Below are positions 1-10,984 of a DNA stretch of 64,000 nt, one piece after another. Under the pieces are notes generated by a model. It had not been told where the DNA came from. It made no database searches and worked only from the letters and a program-made list of their open reading frames with translations. A program made the position numbers and the translations under genes. This DNA comes from Candidatus Delongbacteria bacterium (lineage in GTDB: Bacteria > CAIWAD01), in NCBI GenBank assembly GCA_963663545.1, contig OY760505.1:3616001-3680000 (forward strand). Reading direction: 5' to 3'. Position 1 is the first letter of the stretch. Each line of letters starts with the position of its first letter.

Positions 1-38
1 ACCAGGGCTATGCTCCTGATGCATATCTTAGCGAGCGG

Positions 39-503
39 TTGTTGGCCAATTATTACTATCCCTATCATCAGCAACTACAGGAGGCAGTGAAACTGCCGGG
101 GTTAAAACTGGCCCTGGATTGCCATTCCATGGCCGCGATAGGCCCGCCGATTTCTCCGGATGCTGGCCAGCAGCGACCGGCTTTTTGTCTGGGTAATCGC
201 CACCATCAGACCTGCCCGCGTCCGCTTCTGGAATCCCTAGCAAATGCCCTGCGCCGATCTTTCGGGCTGGACGATGCCGGGGTAGCGCTGAATACTCCAT
301 TTAGTGGCGGTTATATCACCCGTCACTATGGCGGCAGACCATTACCGTGGATTCAGGTAGAAATGAGCCGAGCTCTCTACCTGGAGCCTCCCTGGTTCAA
401 CGCCGCCACCCTGACTGTTGCTCCCGAGCGCCTTCGCGAACTCAGGGAAAAATTTTACCAGGCATTGTGTATTTTTTTCGGGTGCAATCCGTACAATCCA
501 TAA
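39..503 (+). CDS. N-formylglutamate amidohydrolase family protein (5' part probably outside window)
   Basis: Motifs YYYPYH, LDCHSM, FCLGN, NTPFSGGYITRHYG, WIQVEMSRALY typical of the family. Confidence 0.85.
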   Translation: MLANYYYPYHQQLQEAVKLPGLKLALDCHSMAAIGPPISPDAGQQRPAFCLGNRHHQTCPRPLLESLANALRRSFGLDDAGVALNTPFSGGYITRHYGGRPLPWIQVEMSRALYLEPPWFNAATLTVAPERLRELREKFYQALCIFFGCNPYNP

Positions 504-535
504 ATTGATTTTTCGGCCTTCAATCCTCTAACCTC

Positions 536-695
536 TAAGGAGCCGACAAGAAATAAATTGGTCAGTTGGTTTAGCAATTTTGTTTCCTGGCAAGGAGCGA
601 CGAATGCGCATAGCCTTAGTTCTGTAATTGAGGAGCGACGCGGCCAGGGAGCAAAAGGGCAAACTATGGGTAAGTTATTTCTTACCGGCTCCTAA
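536..695 (-). repeat. MITE-like family A repeat, full ~160-bp copy
   Basis: Imperfect terminal inverted repeats taaggagccgacaagaaata...tatttcttaccggctcctaa; same internal sequence recurs many times in the window. Confidence 0.85.
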
Positions 696-955
696 ACTAT
701 CACCTCTCTTAGTGTATGGTTCGAATAGCTCACCGCAGAAGCACGGAGCATTCTGTGCTCTTTGTGGCGATTGCATATATTTCAGAAATAGAAATCGTGA
801 ACATTTCTTGTCATCCGACCTAAAATCGCATTCGACACACAAACGACCGTCGACTATCTATAACAAGACAGCGATGGAGTGACTAGCAATCAGGGTAAAT
901 ATAAATTTCTTTTTTTTCTATATTAAACCATAATTATTGCGACTAGTGGCAATAA

Positions 956-1972
956 TTATTCCTGACAATGAATAAAAATGCCGGTTATGGCCTTTATAGC
1001 GCGGTCAGAGAAGAAATCGTTTGGCGCAAACAAGGAAAATCTTCCATCAGGTTGGTCTTTCCCTCTATCAATTAAAATAAATTCGGCAGAATCATTGCGA
1101 TTAAAAAGTTGACTCATGCTGATGGTGAGGCGATAACCATCCTGGGCCGATATCACAATATATCCACTGGCCAAATCGCTAATGGTCGGACGAAAGTATT
1201 TTTCCAACTCTTTATAAAATAGGTTTCCTTTAAATGGCCCGATGCCATGAAATCCCATTCCTCTGCCCAAAAAAACAGAACGATATTCCCTCTTTTCAAT
1301 CTTACTATCGAGAACGGTAATCTCACCAATGGGTTTTCTATTTTTGTTGATAACGATTTTATCGGAGTAGAGGGGGTTTAAACCGCGATTGACCTTAAAA
1401 GAATAAGGGGCGGAAAAGACCTTGATCACGGTAGGTTCTTCCAGATAACGATTGGAATAAAGATCATTGCCCATAATCAAACGGCTTTTTGATGGAATTG
1501 CCCACTTTTCATTGGAGCGAAAAGGATTGACGGCGGACACGCTGCTGGCGATAATTATTCGGTGTTGGTTGCTGGGATAATAAATTTCTCCCCAGCTTAG
1601 GACTACCTTTTCCCCTTTTTGATTTTTAATTTCAACCAAGAGATCAATAATGGGAGAGAATTCACTTTGGTTTTTTTTCTTTAAATATTTTTCTTGCAAC
1701 AGATCAAATAGTGAATAACCCTTGTATCTATAAGTACCTACGAAAGTCACGCCCTGGTCAGTCAATTTGGCCTCCTTGGTGACAAGGTCGTGTATTTTAA
1801 ATCGGGAAAAATCAACGGTACCCTGGTTTATAATTTCTCCTTTTATTGTCAGAGGCGCGACCTTTAAATGGTGAACCGGTTCATTGTCATAAAAATTGTT
1901 GTTTTCAACGGCAAATAGATTAAAACTGAAAAAAAAGATTAAACTCAATAAAACGATAACAATTTGCTTCAT
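956..1972 (-). CDS. Secreted hypothetical protein, possibly molybdopterin-oxidoreductase-like domains
   Basis: 338-aa ORF, signal peptide, AT-rich; motifs YKGYSLFDLL and ISAQDGYR loosely resemble that fold. Confidence 0.5.
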   Translation of the reverse strand: MKQIVIVLLSLIFFFSFNLFAVENNNFYDNEPVHHLKVAPLTIKGEIINQGTVDFSRFKIHDLVTKEAKLTDQGVTFVGTYRYKGYSLFDLLQEKYLKKKNQSEFSPIIDLLVEIKNQKGEKVVLSWGEIYYPSNQHRIIIASSVSAVNPFRSNEKWAIPSKSRLIMGNDLYSNRYLEEPTVIKVFSAPYSFKVNRGLNPLYSDKIVINKNRKPIGEITVLDSKIEKREYRSVFLGRGMGFHGIGPFKGNLFYKELEKYFRPTISDLASGYIVISAQDGYRLTISMSQLFNRNDSAEFILIDRGKDQPDGRFSLFAPNDFFSDRAIKAITGIFIHCQE

Positions 1973-1995
1973 TTATAACTCCTTCTTTTGGTGTG

Positions 1996-3393
1996 CTACT
2001 TTTCGCCTTTACTGCCGGTGGTAACCACCTGCGACAGGATCCAACTGTTAGCCATTCGCGTCCAAATTAGATCACCGGGCTTGACTTGGCGATGGTGCCG
2101 CACTACACTCTCGCCGCTGTGGACGTAGGTAATGCTGTAACCGCGACGCAGTACTGCCAGGGGCGATAGCGCCTGCAAATGCGATTGATAATTGTTCAGG
2201 CGCCGGAGCTCCCATTCTACCCGTTTCTGCATGGCTCGGAACAATCGATGCCGCAGATGATCCAGGTGTTGCCGGTCACGCTCTACTCGGGTCAATGGGC
2301 GTTGCAATTGTAATAGATTGCTTAACTGGCTCAAGCAGATCCGGCGGCGGTGCAGCTGGCGTTCCAGCGTGGTATGCAGACGTTGCCAATAACCATCGGT
2401 TTTCTGTTGCAGTTGCCGTACCCGGTCCAACGGTCGGAAAAGAGCACGATGCGTCGCCAGGCGGTCGAGATTGGATCTGGCCAGTTGCAAACGGTTGTAG
2501 CTTGCCATTTGCAACTGGCGGCCTTTGGCTTGTAAATCTTGATAGACCTGGTCTAACCTGGGTACCACCAATTCTCCCGCTTCGCTAGGGGTTAGAGCAC
2601 GCCGATCAGCTACCAGATCGGCGATAGTTACGTCGATTTCATGACCTACTGCCGAAATAATCGGAATTCTACTGGCAAAAATCGCCTGTACTACGATTTC
2701 TTCATTGAAAGCCCATAAATCTTCCAGACTGCCGCCACCACGACCAGTGATAATCACATCGACATCAGCCAGATCGGCGTGGTGATTGATAACCGCAATC
2801 GCTTCGGCGATTTCTTGGGCGGCACCATCGCCTTGCACCCTTACCGGGTAAATCAAGACCGTGACCCGCGGAAAGCGACGGCTGATAACATTAAGAATAT
2901 CTTGTACCGCCGCGCCGGTAGGAGAGGTAACCAGACAGATCTTACGCGGCAATAACGGCAACGGCTTTTTATGGCGGCGATCGAATAATCCGGCCGCAGC
3001 TAGCTTTTTTTTGAGGTTTTCAAAAGCGATCAGCAATAGACCGGTTCCTTGCGGTTCGATCGTCTCGATGGTTACCTGATACTTGCTCTGGGGGCCATAA
3101 ATGGTCAAATCCCCGGAAACCAGCACTTCCAGGCCGTCTTTTAACTCGATTTCCTGGTTTTTAGAATTGTAGCGCCAGATTATCGCGTTGATCTGATTGT
3201 CGCTGTCTTTCAAGGTTAGATAGACGTGTCCCGAACTATGGCATTTAAGATTGGAAATTTCTCCGCGTAACCAGACCCTGCCGATATCTTCGACACGCCC
3301 TTTGATGATGCGGGTCAACTCGGTTACGGTATATGACTCGGGAGCCTGTCGTTTGCGGATCTTGGTGCTACGCGAGAGTTCTTCGTTGTTCAT
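1996..3393 (-). CDS. xseA: Exodeoxyribonuclease VII large subunit
   Basis: VWLRGEISN, SGHVYLTLKD, TSPTGAAVQD, RGGGSLEDLWAFNEE, SAVGHEID, TPS, LSPLAVLRRGYS. Confidence 0.97.
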   Translation of the reverse strand: MNNEELSRSTKIRKRQAPESYTVTELTRIIKGRVEDIGRVWLRGEISNLKCHSSGHVYLTLKDSDNQINAIIWRYNSKNQEIELKDGLEVLVSGDLTIYGPQSKYQVTIETIEPQGTGLLLIAFENLKKKLAAAGLFDRRHKKPLPLLPRKICLVTSPTGAAVQDILNVISRRFPRVTVLIYPVRVQGDGAAQEIAEAIAVINHHADLADVDVIITGRGGGSLEDLWAFNEEIVVQAIFASRIPIISAVGHEIDVTIADLVADRRALTPSEAGELVVPRLDQVYQDLQAKGRQLQMASYNRLQLARSNLDRLATHRALFRPLDRVRQLQQKTDGYWQRLHTTLERQLHRRRICLSQLSNLLQLQRPLTRVERDRQHLDHLRHRLFRAMQKRVEWELRRLNNYQSHLQALSPLAVLRRGYSITYVHSGESVVRHHRQVKPGDLIWTRMANSWILSQVVTTGSKGEK

Positions 3394-3395
3394 AA

Positions 3396-4592
3396 TTATA
3401 TATGCCGTTTGATGTTACCTTCTTTGAGCCATTTGCGCAGTAGTTTTTCCATTTTCAGCAACGCCAGCATATTTCGCGCCCGTTTGCGCAATTCGCTTTT
3501 GTCTAGTTTTCTGCCGTTTTTGCGTTTAGCGACCACCACCAGATGATAGCCCCAGTCGGTTTTGATCGGCTGACTCAATTGCTTCGGCGGCATCAGGTAA
3601 GCCGCAGCTACGATTTCCGGCACCGCTGCGGTGCGATGCGGCACCCATCCCATATGCAGTAAAAACCCGCCGAACAATAGCGACATGGTCCAGCGTGGCA
3701 CCCAACCTAAGTTGCCATTCTCATATCTGGTTCCGTGGTCGTCGGAATAATTGGCGACAATTTCCGAGAAATTGCTCAAATCCGGCTTGATCTGGCTGCG
3801 GATATTTTCGATGCGCTGGCGCACGGCTTTTTGACGAGATTCCGGCAATGGCCGCCGCTCGATTTCGTCGAGCGTCGATAAATAAAGATGGCTGATCTTG
3901 AGCAGCCCGTCACTCAAGGCAAACTTTTCTTTGCTTATAAAATCGCTGACTTCTGATTGGGATATATGCTGCAAGACATATTTGCGCAACCTGGTCAGAA
4001 GCACGATCCGATTCTTGAAAAACTGGTAATCGACATGGTATTTTGCGAAAATTTTTTTTCGTAACTTGACTTTGAGAAAGTTGTGTTCACTGATCTCTTG
4101 AAATATCTTGAGGAGCAATCGGTGCTCTTTAGCCTGCAACACCCGCTGTTGCATCGCTTGCAGCAGTTGTCCGTGTTTTTTTTGCATTTGCTGGCTTTTG
4201 CTGACTAGTTCTTGGATTACCTTGAGAAAGCTGCGCGGATTTTTTAGTCCCCAATTTTGGTAATAAGCGATAAAAGGTTTTTCGTAACGTTCGGCGTCTT
4301 CAATATAGTCTTCTTTGTGGCATTTGATTGACAATTTTTGGGTATGTTGTTCGATTAGTTTAAAAATGATCATCTCTTCCAGAGTAGCGCGAATCACTCC
4401 GAGCCGTAAACATTCAGCAACTTCCTCGCCATAACAACGTTGCAGCAATTCCAACACTTCGCTCTGGGTTATGTTACTGCCGTTTACTTCTGCGGCGATT
4501 TTGCCGTTGGGAAATTGCTGGGCCTGGCTGGTGCTAAGGCCAACCAGACACAAAAACAAACAAAGCCACGATATTTTTGATATTGAAATCAT
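3396..4592 (-). CDS. Exported parvulin/PpiC-type peptidyl-prolyl isomerase (SurA/PrsA-like)
   Basis: Signal peptide, AAEVNGSNIT, SHL, YSDD...GNLGW, SQPIKTDWGYHLV. Confidence 0.8.
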   Translation of the reverse strand: MISISKISWLCLFLCLVGLSTSQAQQFPNGKIAAEVNGSNITQSEVLELLQRCYGEEVAECLRLGVIRATLEEMIIFKLIEQHTQKLSIKCHKEDYIEDAERYEKPFIAYYQNWGLKNPRSFLKVIQELVSKSQQMQKKHGQLLQAMQQRVLQAKEHRLLLKIFQEISEHNFLKVKLRKKIFAKYHVDYQFFKNRIVLLTRLRKYVLQHISQSEVSDFISKEKFALSDGLLKISHLYLSTLDEIERRPLPESRQKAVRQRIENIRSQIKPDLSNFSEIVANYSDDHGTRYENGNLGWVPRWTMSLLFGGFLLHMGWVPHRTAAVPEIVAAAYLMPPKQLSQPIKTDWGYHLVVVAKRKNGRKLDKSELRKRARNMLALLKMEKLLRKWLKEGNIKRHI

Positions 4593-4609
4593 CTTTACTA
4601 ATAGCTCCT

Positions 4610-5488
4610 TCAGTTGCTACCGCCCAATGCGGTTTTTACAGTAGCGATCGCTTCTCCGAATTTGACTTCCTGGCCGATAATCAGCTCGTCCAGCTCGATT
4701 CGCCCCGGTTCGAACAGCAAAATTACCGTAGAACCCATCTGAAACCTTCCCAGTTCCGCACCTTTGTCAATCGCTAAACTGGAATATTTTTGGTGAATCA
4801 GCCTCGGTCGTTTATTGGATTCGACATGGTCATAGACTACTTTTATTTTGCCGACGATCATCGCCCCTATTTTTATTACCGCTACCCGACCGATTTCCGG
4901 GTTGGCGATAATGGTCAATAAACGCTCGTTCAGCGTGAATAACGCTGGAATATGCCCCACTGCCAGACGGTTCACCGGATATAGGGTCCCGGGAATATAA
5001 TACAACTCTTCGATAGTACCGCCCACTGGCGTATGAATGCGGTGGTAATGTCTGGGACTGAGATAGAAGGTCAAATAGTGACCATTGGCAAAAATTCGCT
5101 GGTATTCCTCGGCCACGACCAAAGCCTTCAGGGAATAATCGATGCCTTTGGCCTGAATCAGCGTCCCGTGGTCAATGCTGCCCAAACTGGCAATAATGCC
5201 ATCGACCGGAGCCGTCACTCGGGCGGGATTGGCGTCGATCGGGCGACATTCGTGGCGCAAGGGCCGGGTAAAAAATTCATTGAAGCTGGCAAAACGTTGC
5301 GCTGCTACTTCTGTCATCTCGATGTCATAGTGACGGATAAAGCACCGCACCCACCAGTTTACAAGCGTCGCCGGCAATTTTGCCTGGGCGAGATGGCCAA
5401 TAATGCGACTTATGGTATTTTTAGGCAATAGCGGCAACACCTGCAACCAGGCACGCTCGCGTAAGTTATCCATGCTAAGCCACTCCAA
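4610..5488 (-). CDS. psd: Phosphatidylserine decarboxylase proenzyme
   Basis: FNEFFTR, APVDG, QAKG, YLSPRHYHRIH, NER, GRFQMGSTVILLF (GST cleavage motif). Confidence 0.95.
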   Translation of the reverse strand: MEWLSMDNLRERAWLQVLPLLPKNTISRIIGHLAQAKLPATLVNWWVRCFIRHYDIEMTEVAAQRFASFNEFFTRPLRHECRPIDANPARVTAPVDGIIASLGSIDHGTLIQAKGIDYSLKALVVAEEYQRIFANGHYLTFYLSPRHYHRIHTPVGGTIEELYYIPGTLYPVNRLAVGHIPALFTLNERLLTIIANPEIGRVAVIKIGAMIVGKIKVVYDHVESNKRPRLIHQKYSSLAIDKGAELGRFQMGSTVILLFEPGRIELDELIIGQEVKFGEAIATVKTALGGSN

Positions 5489-5510
5489 CCAAAATTCTGC
5501 GATCTCCTCC

Positions 5511-5645
5511 TAGGGAACCGGAAAGAAATGACTTACCCATTTGGTTTGCCTTTTGCTCCCTGGCGGTGTCGCTCCTCAATTACAAGAACTAAGCTATGCG
5601 CATTCATCGCTCCTTGCCAGGAAACAATTTCTTTCCGGCTCCTAA
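5511..5645 (+). repeat. Family A repeat, internally shortened copy
   Basis: Same core and TIR as 536..695; overlaps the stop codon of the FHA gene. Confidence 0.8.
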
Positions 5646-6706
5646 GGAGTAGCGATGCGAATTCGTAAATAGGTATTTCCCAACTGCAAATATTGTTCGG
5701 TCAAACCAGGCAATTCTGCAGTTTGCCCACTGCCGATATTTTGGCAATTGTTGTGGGAACAATCACTGTCCAGGTATATCACCACCCCATGGGTGCTCCC
5801 TAAATCCTTACACAATAGCTGCTGGGCAAGATCTTCGGGAAAGTCAATGCGCAGGTGCCAGCGCGAAAGGCAAGGGTCGCCCTCGACCAGCACTGTATGA
5901 TGCGCAGCGTCATCTTTGCTTTCCTGTCCATGGTAGATCGGCGTAATATCTTCGCTCATGTCAGTCAGCGTCTTGTTGGTATCACTGTTTTGACGATTAT
6001 CGTTTTTAGTTTTGCGGCCAATCAGGAGGATTGCCGGAGCGGTCAAAACGATTTTGGCCGCCTTTTCAAATTTGGGAGTCCAGATATGGACAACATAGGA
6101 ACGTTTATCGACCGGAGCTGAATCGGGATAAAGCAACCGCCGGGATAATTTCGGCAAGTTTTTGGCGGTAATGTTGGATGAGAATAGTTCCTGGCGTAGC
6201 TCTTCCAAGTAGCGTATGAAAGTAACAAAACTTTGAAAGCGCGACGCCGGGTCAACGGCCATCCCTTTTTTCAAAAACCGTTGAATCGCCGCCAGTTCTC
6301 GTAACGAGTGACTGGTTAGCAGATCCTGTGCCGAAAAATTCACGCTTGTCGGCCCTGAATTTTTTCCGGTCAACAGTGCCAGAAATAGTTGCGTGACCAG
6401 ATAGGTCATCCGGTTGCAATTTTGACGCCAAAACGGATTGGTCTGGGCTTCCGGCGGCGCCATCATTACTTCTTCTTCGATATAGCGCAAATCTTGCTCA
6501 TCTTCCGCATAAACCGCGATATGTATATCCCCCTCTTGATTGCGGCTGATCGCTGACAAGCTGTGCGGGATTTCGGCATAGGTTATAGAACACTTATCAA
6601 TATAGCGAATTACCGACTCGATGAAATTGATGGCATCCTCCGTGCTTAATCGTTGGTCTTCCTGAAACACTTTGTAGTAACCAGAGGGGGACTCGGAAAG
6701 ACTCAT
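5642..6706 (-). CDS. FHA-domain protein with degenerate kinase C-lobe-like region
   Basis: IGR...LSRWHL...DLGSTHG FHA motifs; LLTGK...AVDPASRFQS resembles a kinase C-lobe; ATG at 6706 overlaps the upstream stop (TAATG), so the longer 6871 start was not used. Confidence 0.7.
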   Translation of the reverse strand: MSLSESPSGYYKVFQEDQRLSTEDAINFIESVIRYIDKCSITYAEIPHSLSAISRNQEGDIHIAVYAEDEQDLRYIEEEVMMAPPEAQTNPFWRQNCNRMTYLVTQLFLALLTGKNSGPTSVNFSAQDLLTSHSLRELAAIQRFLKKGMAVDPASRFQSFVTFIRYLEELRQELFSSNITAKNLPKLSRRLLYPDSAPVDKRSYVVHIWTPKFEKAAKIVLTAPAILLIGRKTKNDNRQNSDTNKTLTDMSEDITPIYHGQESKDDAAHHTVLVEGDPCLSRWHLRIDFPEDLAQQLLCKDLGSTHGVVIYLDSDCSHNNCQNIGSGQTAELPGLTEQYLQLGNTYLRIRIATP

Positions 6707-9097
6707 TACGATTCCTTTCGTAAGGGATTGGGACGGACGGTTCGATAGAAACATGTTTGTTCTAATGCCTCTGCTTTTTTGAAGTCTTCTCGTGCCTGGG
6801 CCAGATTGGGGTTGGCTTTTTCTTGATAACAAATTGCTCTTTTCAAATAGGAAATTCTGTCTTCCGGACAAGCCTGGATCACCTTACATAAATCTTCCAC
6901 CGCACGATCATGGCGACCGCGTTGGATATAGGCCAGACTACGATTGAAATAATGCAGCCAATTACCCGGATCATTGCCTAATGCCTGCTCAAAAGCATAA
7001 TCTGCGGCCGAATAGTCCTTTTGAGCATTCAAAATCAGTCCTTCTAGATCGAAAAGATGGGAATTATTCGGAGATAATTGTTGCGCCTTATGCACGTCTT
7101 CCAGGGCTGCATCCAGATTGGCAAGGGCCAGATTGGATTCGCTTCTTCCTTGAAAGATTGTCAGACTTTTGGCACCGCGGTTGATCGCTGCAGTAAAATC
7201 GTGCAGCGCCGATTCATAATCATGTTGCTGCATATAGATAGCAGCCCGGGCCTCAAATATTTCTGGTTTTAGATAGTGATTCAATATTGCTTCTTCGATG
7301 TCATGCAACGCTTCCTCGTAAGCTCCGTAACGAATCATCGCTTTGGCTCGCGCCCAATAGATCTTGCCTTTTTCCATACTGACATCTCGAGTGATAATTC
7401 TATCGAGCTGGTTCAGAGCTTCGCGATAGGCCCCGACATTGCGATAGTGGTTGGCAAGATGGAAGAAAAGCTGGTTGAGGCAGGTTTGGACTTCAACCGC
7501 CGCATAGCCGAATTCTCGAGCATTTTCAAGTTCTTCACTCGCCAATTCCCAAGCATGTTTTTTTATATAGACAAATCCACGTAAGTAATAAGCCATGCCG
7601 ACATCTTCGCCGTTATTTATACAAGTGGAAAGATATTGCAGCGCCTCGTCGAGCTTCATTGCCTGAATCGCTTCATAAGCCTGCCTGACCATCTCACCGC
7701 CGTCTACGACGATTTCATTGAATAGATTATCCAAATCTTGAGTTTTGAGAACTTCTTTTACTTCCTCCACGACTTTGATTCGGTTTTCTGAAATTGGCAC
7801 CGCTTCCATAATCCCACTGGCGCCTGCGGTTATCATAATTTGCGAGTTAAAATTGGTAATCGAGTCGATATTGTTACCGGGCACAGCTTCCGACGACAAT
7901 GTCGCGGCGATATTATCCTCCTGGTCGTTCATGTCATCGAGTTCTTCGACCATCTCGGCTTCCATCGCTTCCGAAAAGTTTTCCTCATTGGTATTATTCT
8001 GTTCTTCTTCAGCCAGAAGCGCTTCTTCGATTCCGATTCCTCCCTCCAAATCGCCGCCAAAATCATTGAAAGGCTCGATATCTTGATCCGGTGATAATTC
8101 CGGGATCTCTTCTAGTTGGTCAACCTGGTCTTGGAACGTTTCTCCTGCAGCGATCTGGGCTGTTGGTTCTTGCGGGGGAGACGGTATTTTTATTTCTTGT
8201 ATTTCTGGAAGTAAGGGGACAGCGATTTCCTCTTTTTCCGGCATTGCTGCTGCAGGTGTAACCATAGCAGTTGCAGCGGCATCGACGGGAGAATCCTCTG
8301 TATTATTAGTAATATCAACGGTGTCGGCTTGCACTTCTTCGATTTCTTCGACTTCTCCGATTTCCACGTCATTAGTGGCGTCAACTTCTTCGATTTCTTC
8401 TATTTCTTCATTTGCCGAAGCTTCGAATTCATCAGCTACCGGATGCACGTCTTCTGCCAATCGCTGTTCAATCTCCAAAGTGGAGGGTTCCGACACTTCG
8501 GGGAAAGTTTTCGCTTCAGGAGACGCTAATCGTGTTTCGATTTCTTCCAAACCAGGTTTGGATGCCGTTTCTGGCTCTGTTAATTTTGGCGATAGCGGTT
8601 CTGCTTCCCGCCCTAATAACTCACTGCTGTTTGAATCTTCAAATTGGGGTAGATCCACAGCATCGGCCCATGAAACGATCTCGTCCAAGGCCTCGAGGCT
8701 CTCGGTTTTGGAGTCGTCGGTGACAATCAATTCTTCGGCGGTTCTGCCCATATCCTCCGGTAATACTGCCGGAGCGACCATGATATTATCTTGGCGCGGC
8801 GCTTTATCTTTTTCTGCTTGTTCGCCCGGGATAAGAACGATTTCTTTGAGAGAAGGGAGGCTGGGAATATCGAACTCGATTTCCTCGGGTTTTTTATTTT
8901 GTTGTTGCCGTTTGATTTCGGTTAGTTTTTTCTGAATAATTTCTAATGGTGGAATATTCACCGGCTGGTGGCAACGCGGGCACGTGCCTATTTTTCCTGC
9001 AAATTTCAGGGAAACTTTAACGCGCTTTCCACAGGGACAAAGAAGTCGGATAAGCTCGAGCCCTCGTTTTTTCGATGCTGATTTTTTTGCGTTCCAA
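6706..9097 (-). CDS. Zinc-ribbon + acidic linker + TPR-repeat protein (5' end frameshifted)
   Basis: C-terminal TPRs; the frame upstream of 8961 is open and reads LCPCGKRVKV...AGKIGTCPRCH; a TTG at 9097 with SD-like GAAGGGG is one base out of frame across an A7 run. Confidence 0.75.
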
Positions 9098-9262
9098 TGC
9101 TTTCCCCTTCAATTTGGAAGTTATTTAATTTGACCATGTCATGTTTCTTGAAAGCGTTGAATTTACCTCAGGAGCCTTTTATTTCCTGGCAAGGCGCGGC
9201 AAAGGCGCATAGAAGCCAGGGAGCAAAAGGGCTCGATAGCAGGCGAAATTTATGAACACAGC

Positions 9263-10501
9263 CTAGACCATAAATTCAGTTTTCACCAACGCCAATGCTT
9301 GCTGGCGATTGTGAACATTACCTTCTAGTTGCTGATCTTCGATAAAATGCAATATTTCTTGAAATAACGGACCGGGCTTGATCCCGAGTTCGATTAGATC
9401 GTTGCCATTGATTACTGGCGCCGGTTTGAGTTCTTCGCTAGCGTAATTTTGCAACTTATCGCGGCAATGGGCATAGATGCGCTGATCTTGCCCCCTGGCC
9501 AGACATCGCCATCGATAGAGTTCCAACAAGGATTTAAAATTAGGGAGACGAAGAAAACGTTTGAATTCGGCGATAGTCATCGCTGGAACCTCGGCAAAAC
9601 GGTCGATGCCGCTGAGCAAACTACTGATCTTGCGTATGGACTTGTTGGCCAGGCAAAATCTTTTGCCAATAGCTTCGAATCGTTCCGGCGCTAATTGACA
9701 GGCATCTTTAATATTAATGAAAACCGTGCTAAGAGCCAATTCGCCGTCGCTAATCGGTGTTCCTATTTCTAATAGCGAGAGCGTTCGCTGCAAAATTTCA
9801 GGATGGTTCGCGACTCGCCATTCCGGCAAAATTAACATCAGAATACCACTTTGATCCAGTAACCGTAATGCTTTTGCCGAATTTTTTCCAGTAAGCATGG
9901 TAATCAATTCGTCGCGGATACGTTCGGCAGACACCCTGGTAATCAACGACGCCATTGACTTTATGGCGTTCCAGGTCGCTGGTTCAATGGTAAAATCCAA
10001 TTGACTGGCAAAACGAACCGCACGCATCAAGCGTAGATAATCTTCGCTAAATCGGCTCTGTGGATTACCGATAGTGCGAATTATTTTTTGTTGTAAATCG
10101 GCAAGCCCTCCAACATAGTCGATCACCTGATTACTAACCGGGTCCAGAAACAATCCGTTTACGGTAAAATCACGACGCCGGGCATCTTCTTTTTCGTTAC
10201 AAAAGCGAACTGCATCTGGGCGCCGGCCATCACTATAATTTTTATCTTTTCGGAAAGTAGCGATTTCGAAACATTCTTGCTTATCCAGGACTTTCACTAC
10301 GCCGAATTTGGCCCCGACCATGATGGTGTGTTTGAACAATTGCTGGATTTGTCGAGGCTGAGCGTCAGTAGCGATGTCATAATCTTTAGGGCACCGCTGC
10401 AAAAACAGATCGCGAACGCAGCCTCCACAAAAATAAGCAGTATAGCCATGGTTGCGTAGTTTCAGCAAAATGGCAACAGCTCTTGTTTTTTTATCATTCA
10501 T
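9263..10501 (-). CDS. CCA tRNA nucleotidyltransferase / poly(A) polymerase family
   Basis: GGCVRD, DYDIAT, EIATFR, DARRRDFTVN, EDYLRLMRAVRF, SAERIRDE. Confidence 0.93.
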   Translation of the reverse strand: MNDKKTRAVAILLKLRNHGYTAYFCGGCVRDLFLQRCPKDYDIATDAQPRQIQQLFKHTIMVGAKFGVVKVLDKQECFEIATFRKDKNYSDGRRPDAVRFCNEKEDARRRDFTVNGLFLDPVSNQVIDYVGGLADLQQKIIRTIGNPQSRFSEDYLRLMRAVRFASQLDFTIEPATWNAIKSMASLITRVSAERIRDELITMLTGKNSAKALRLLDQSGILMLILPEWRVANHPEILQRTLSLLEIGTPISDGELALSTVFINIKDACQLAPERFEAIGKRFCLANKSIRKISSLLSGIDRFAEVPAMTIAEFKRFLRLPNFKSLLELYRWRCLARGQDQRIYAHCRDKLQNYASEELKPAPVINGNDLIELGIKPGPLFQEILHFIEDQQLEGNVHNRQQALALVKTEFMV

Positions 10502-10514
10502 TGATTTTGCAGAA

Positions 10515-10964
10515 TCATTCCTCGCTGATTTTTTCTACGACTACCAGTTTGGCGCTACAGCGGACTACTTTAACTTTTTCTCCCTGCGGTACAAACAGTC
10601 CCTCGGTAGTGGCGACTATCTTTTCTCCATTGATTTCGACATCGCCTTTAGGCTCTAAGCAAGTGAGAGCTATCCCCTGGCAATCGATAAACCTGGCTAG
10701 CGGACTATCGTTCTTTTTGGAGTTGAAGCTAAAAGGCATATTCAAGCCAAAATAGATAATGGCAATCAGAAAAATTAGACATACGCCGATTCCTGCCAGA
10801 GCGACATACTCTCGTTGCAGCAAAATAATGATACTGACCGCAGCGGCAACGCTGCAGCCAACGCTGACAACCTTCAGAATCGTTTTTTTGCCCAAAATAG
10901 CTACAAAGACCCATACCACAAAACTCAACGAAAAAAGAGTGGCGGGCAATATCAGTTCTTTCAT
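10515..10964 (-). CDS. NfeD-like membrane protein (C-terminal OB domain)
   Basis: Three hydrophobic segments, then GIALTCLEPKG.VEINGE...A..EG.FV..GEKVKV. Confidence 0.75.
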   Translation of the reverse strand: MKELILPATLFSLSFVVWVFVAILGKKTILKVVSVGCSVAAAVSIIILLQREYVALAGIGVCLIFLIAIIYFGLNMPFSFNSKKNDSPLARFIDCQGIALTCLEPKGDVEINGEKIVATTEGLFVPQGEKVKVVRCSAKLVVVEKISEE

Positions 10965-10984
10965 AGCCTTCTTCTCCCTCTGGT

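Noticed and set aside
7745..8935. Long antisense Ser-rich ORFs opposite the TPR gene
   Set aside because: Shadow frames of an acidic low-complexity coding region
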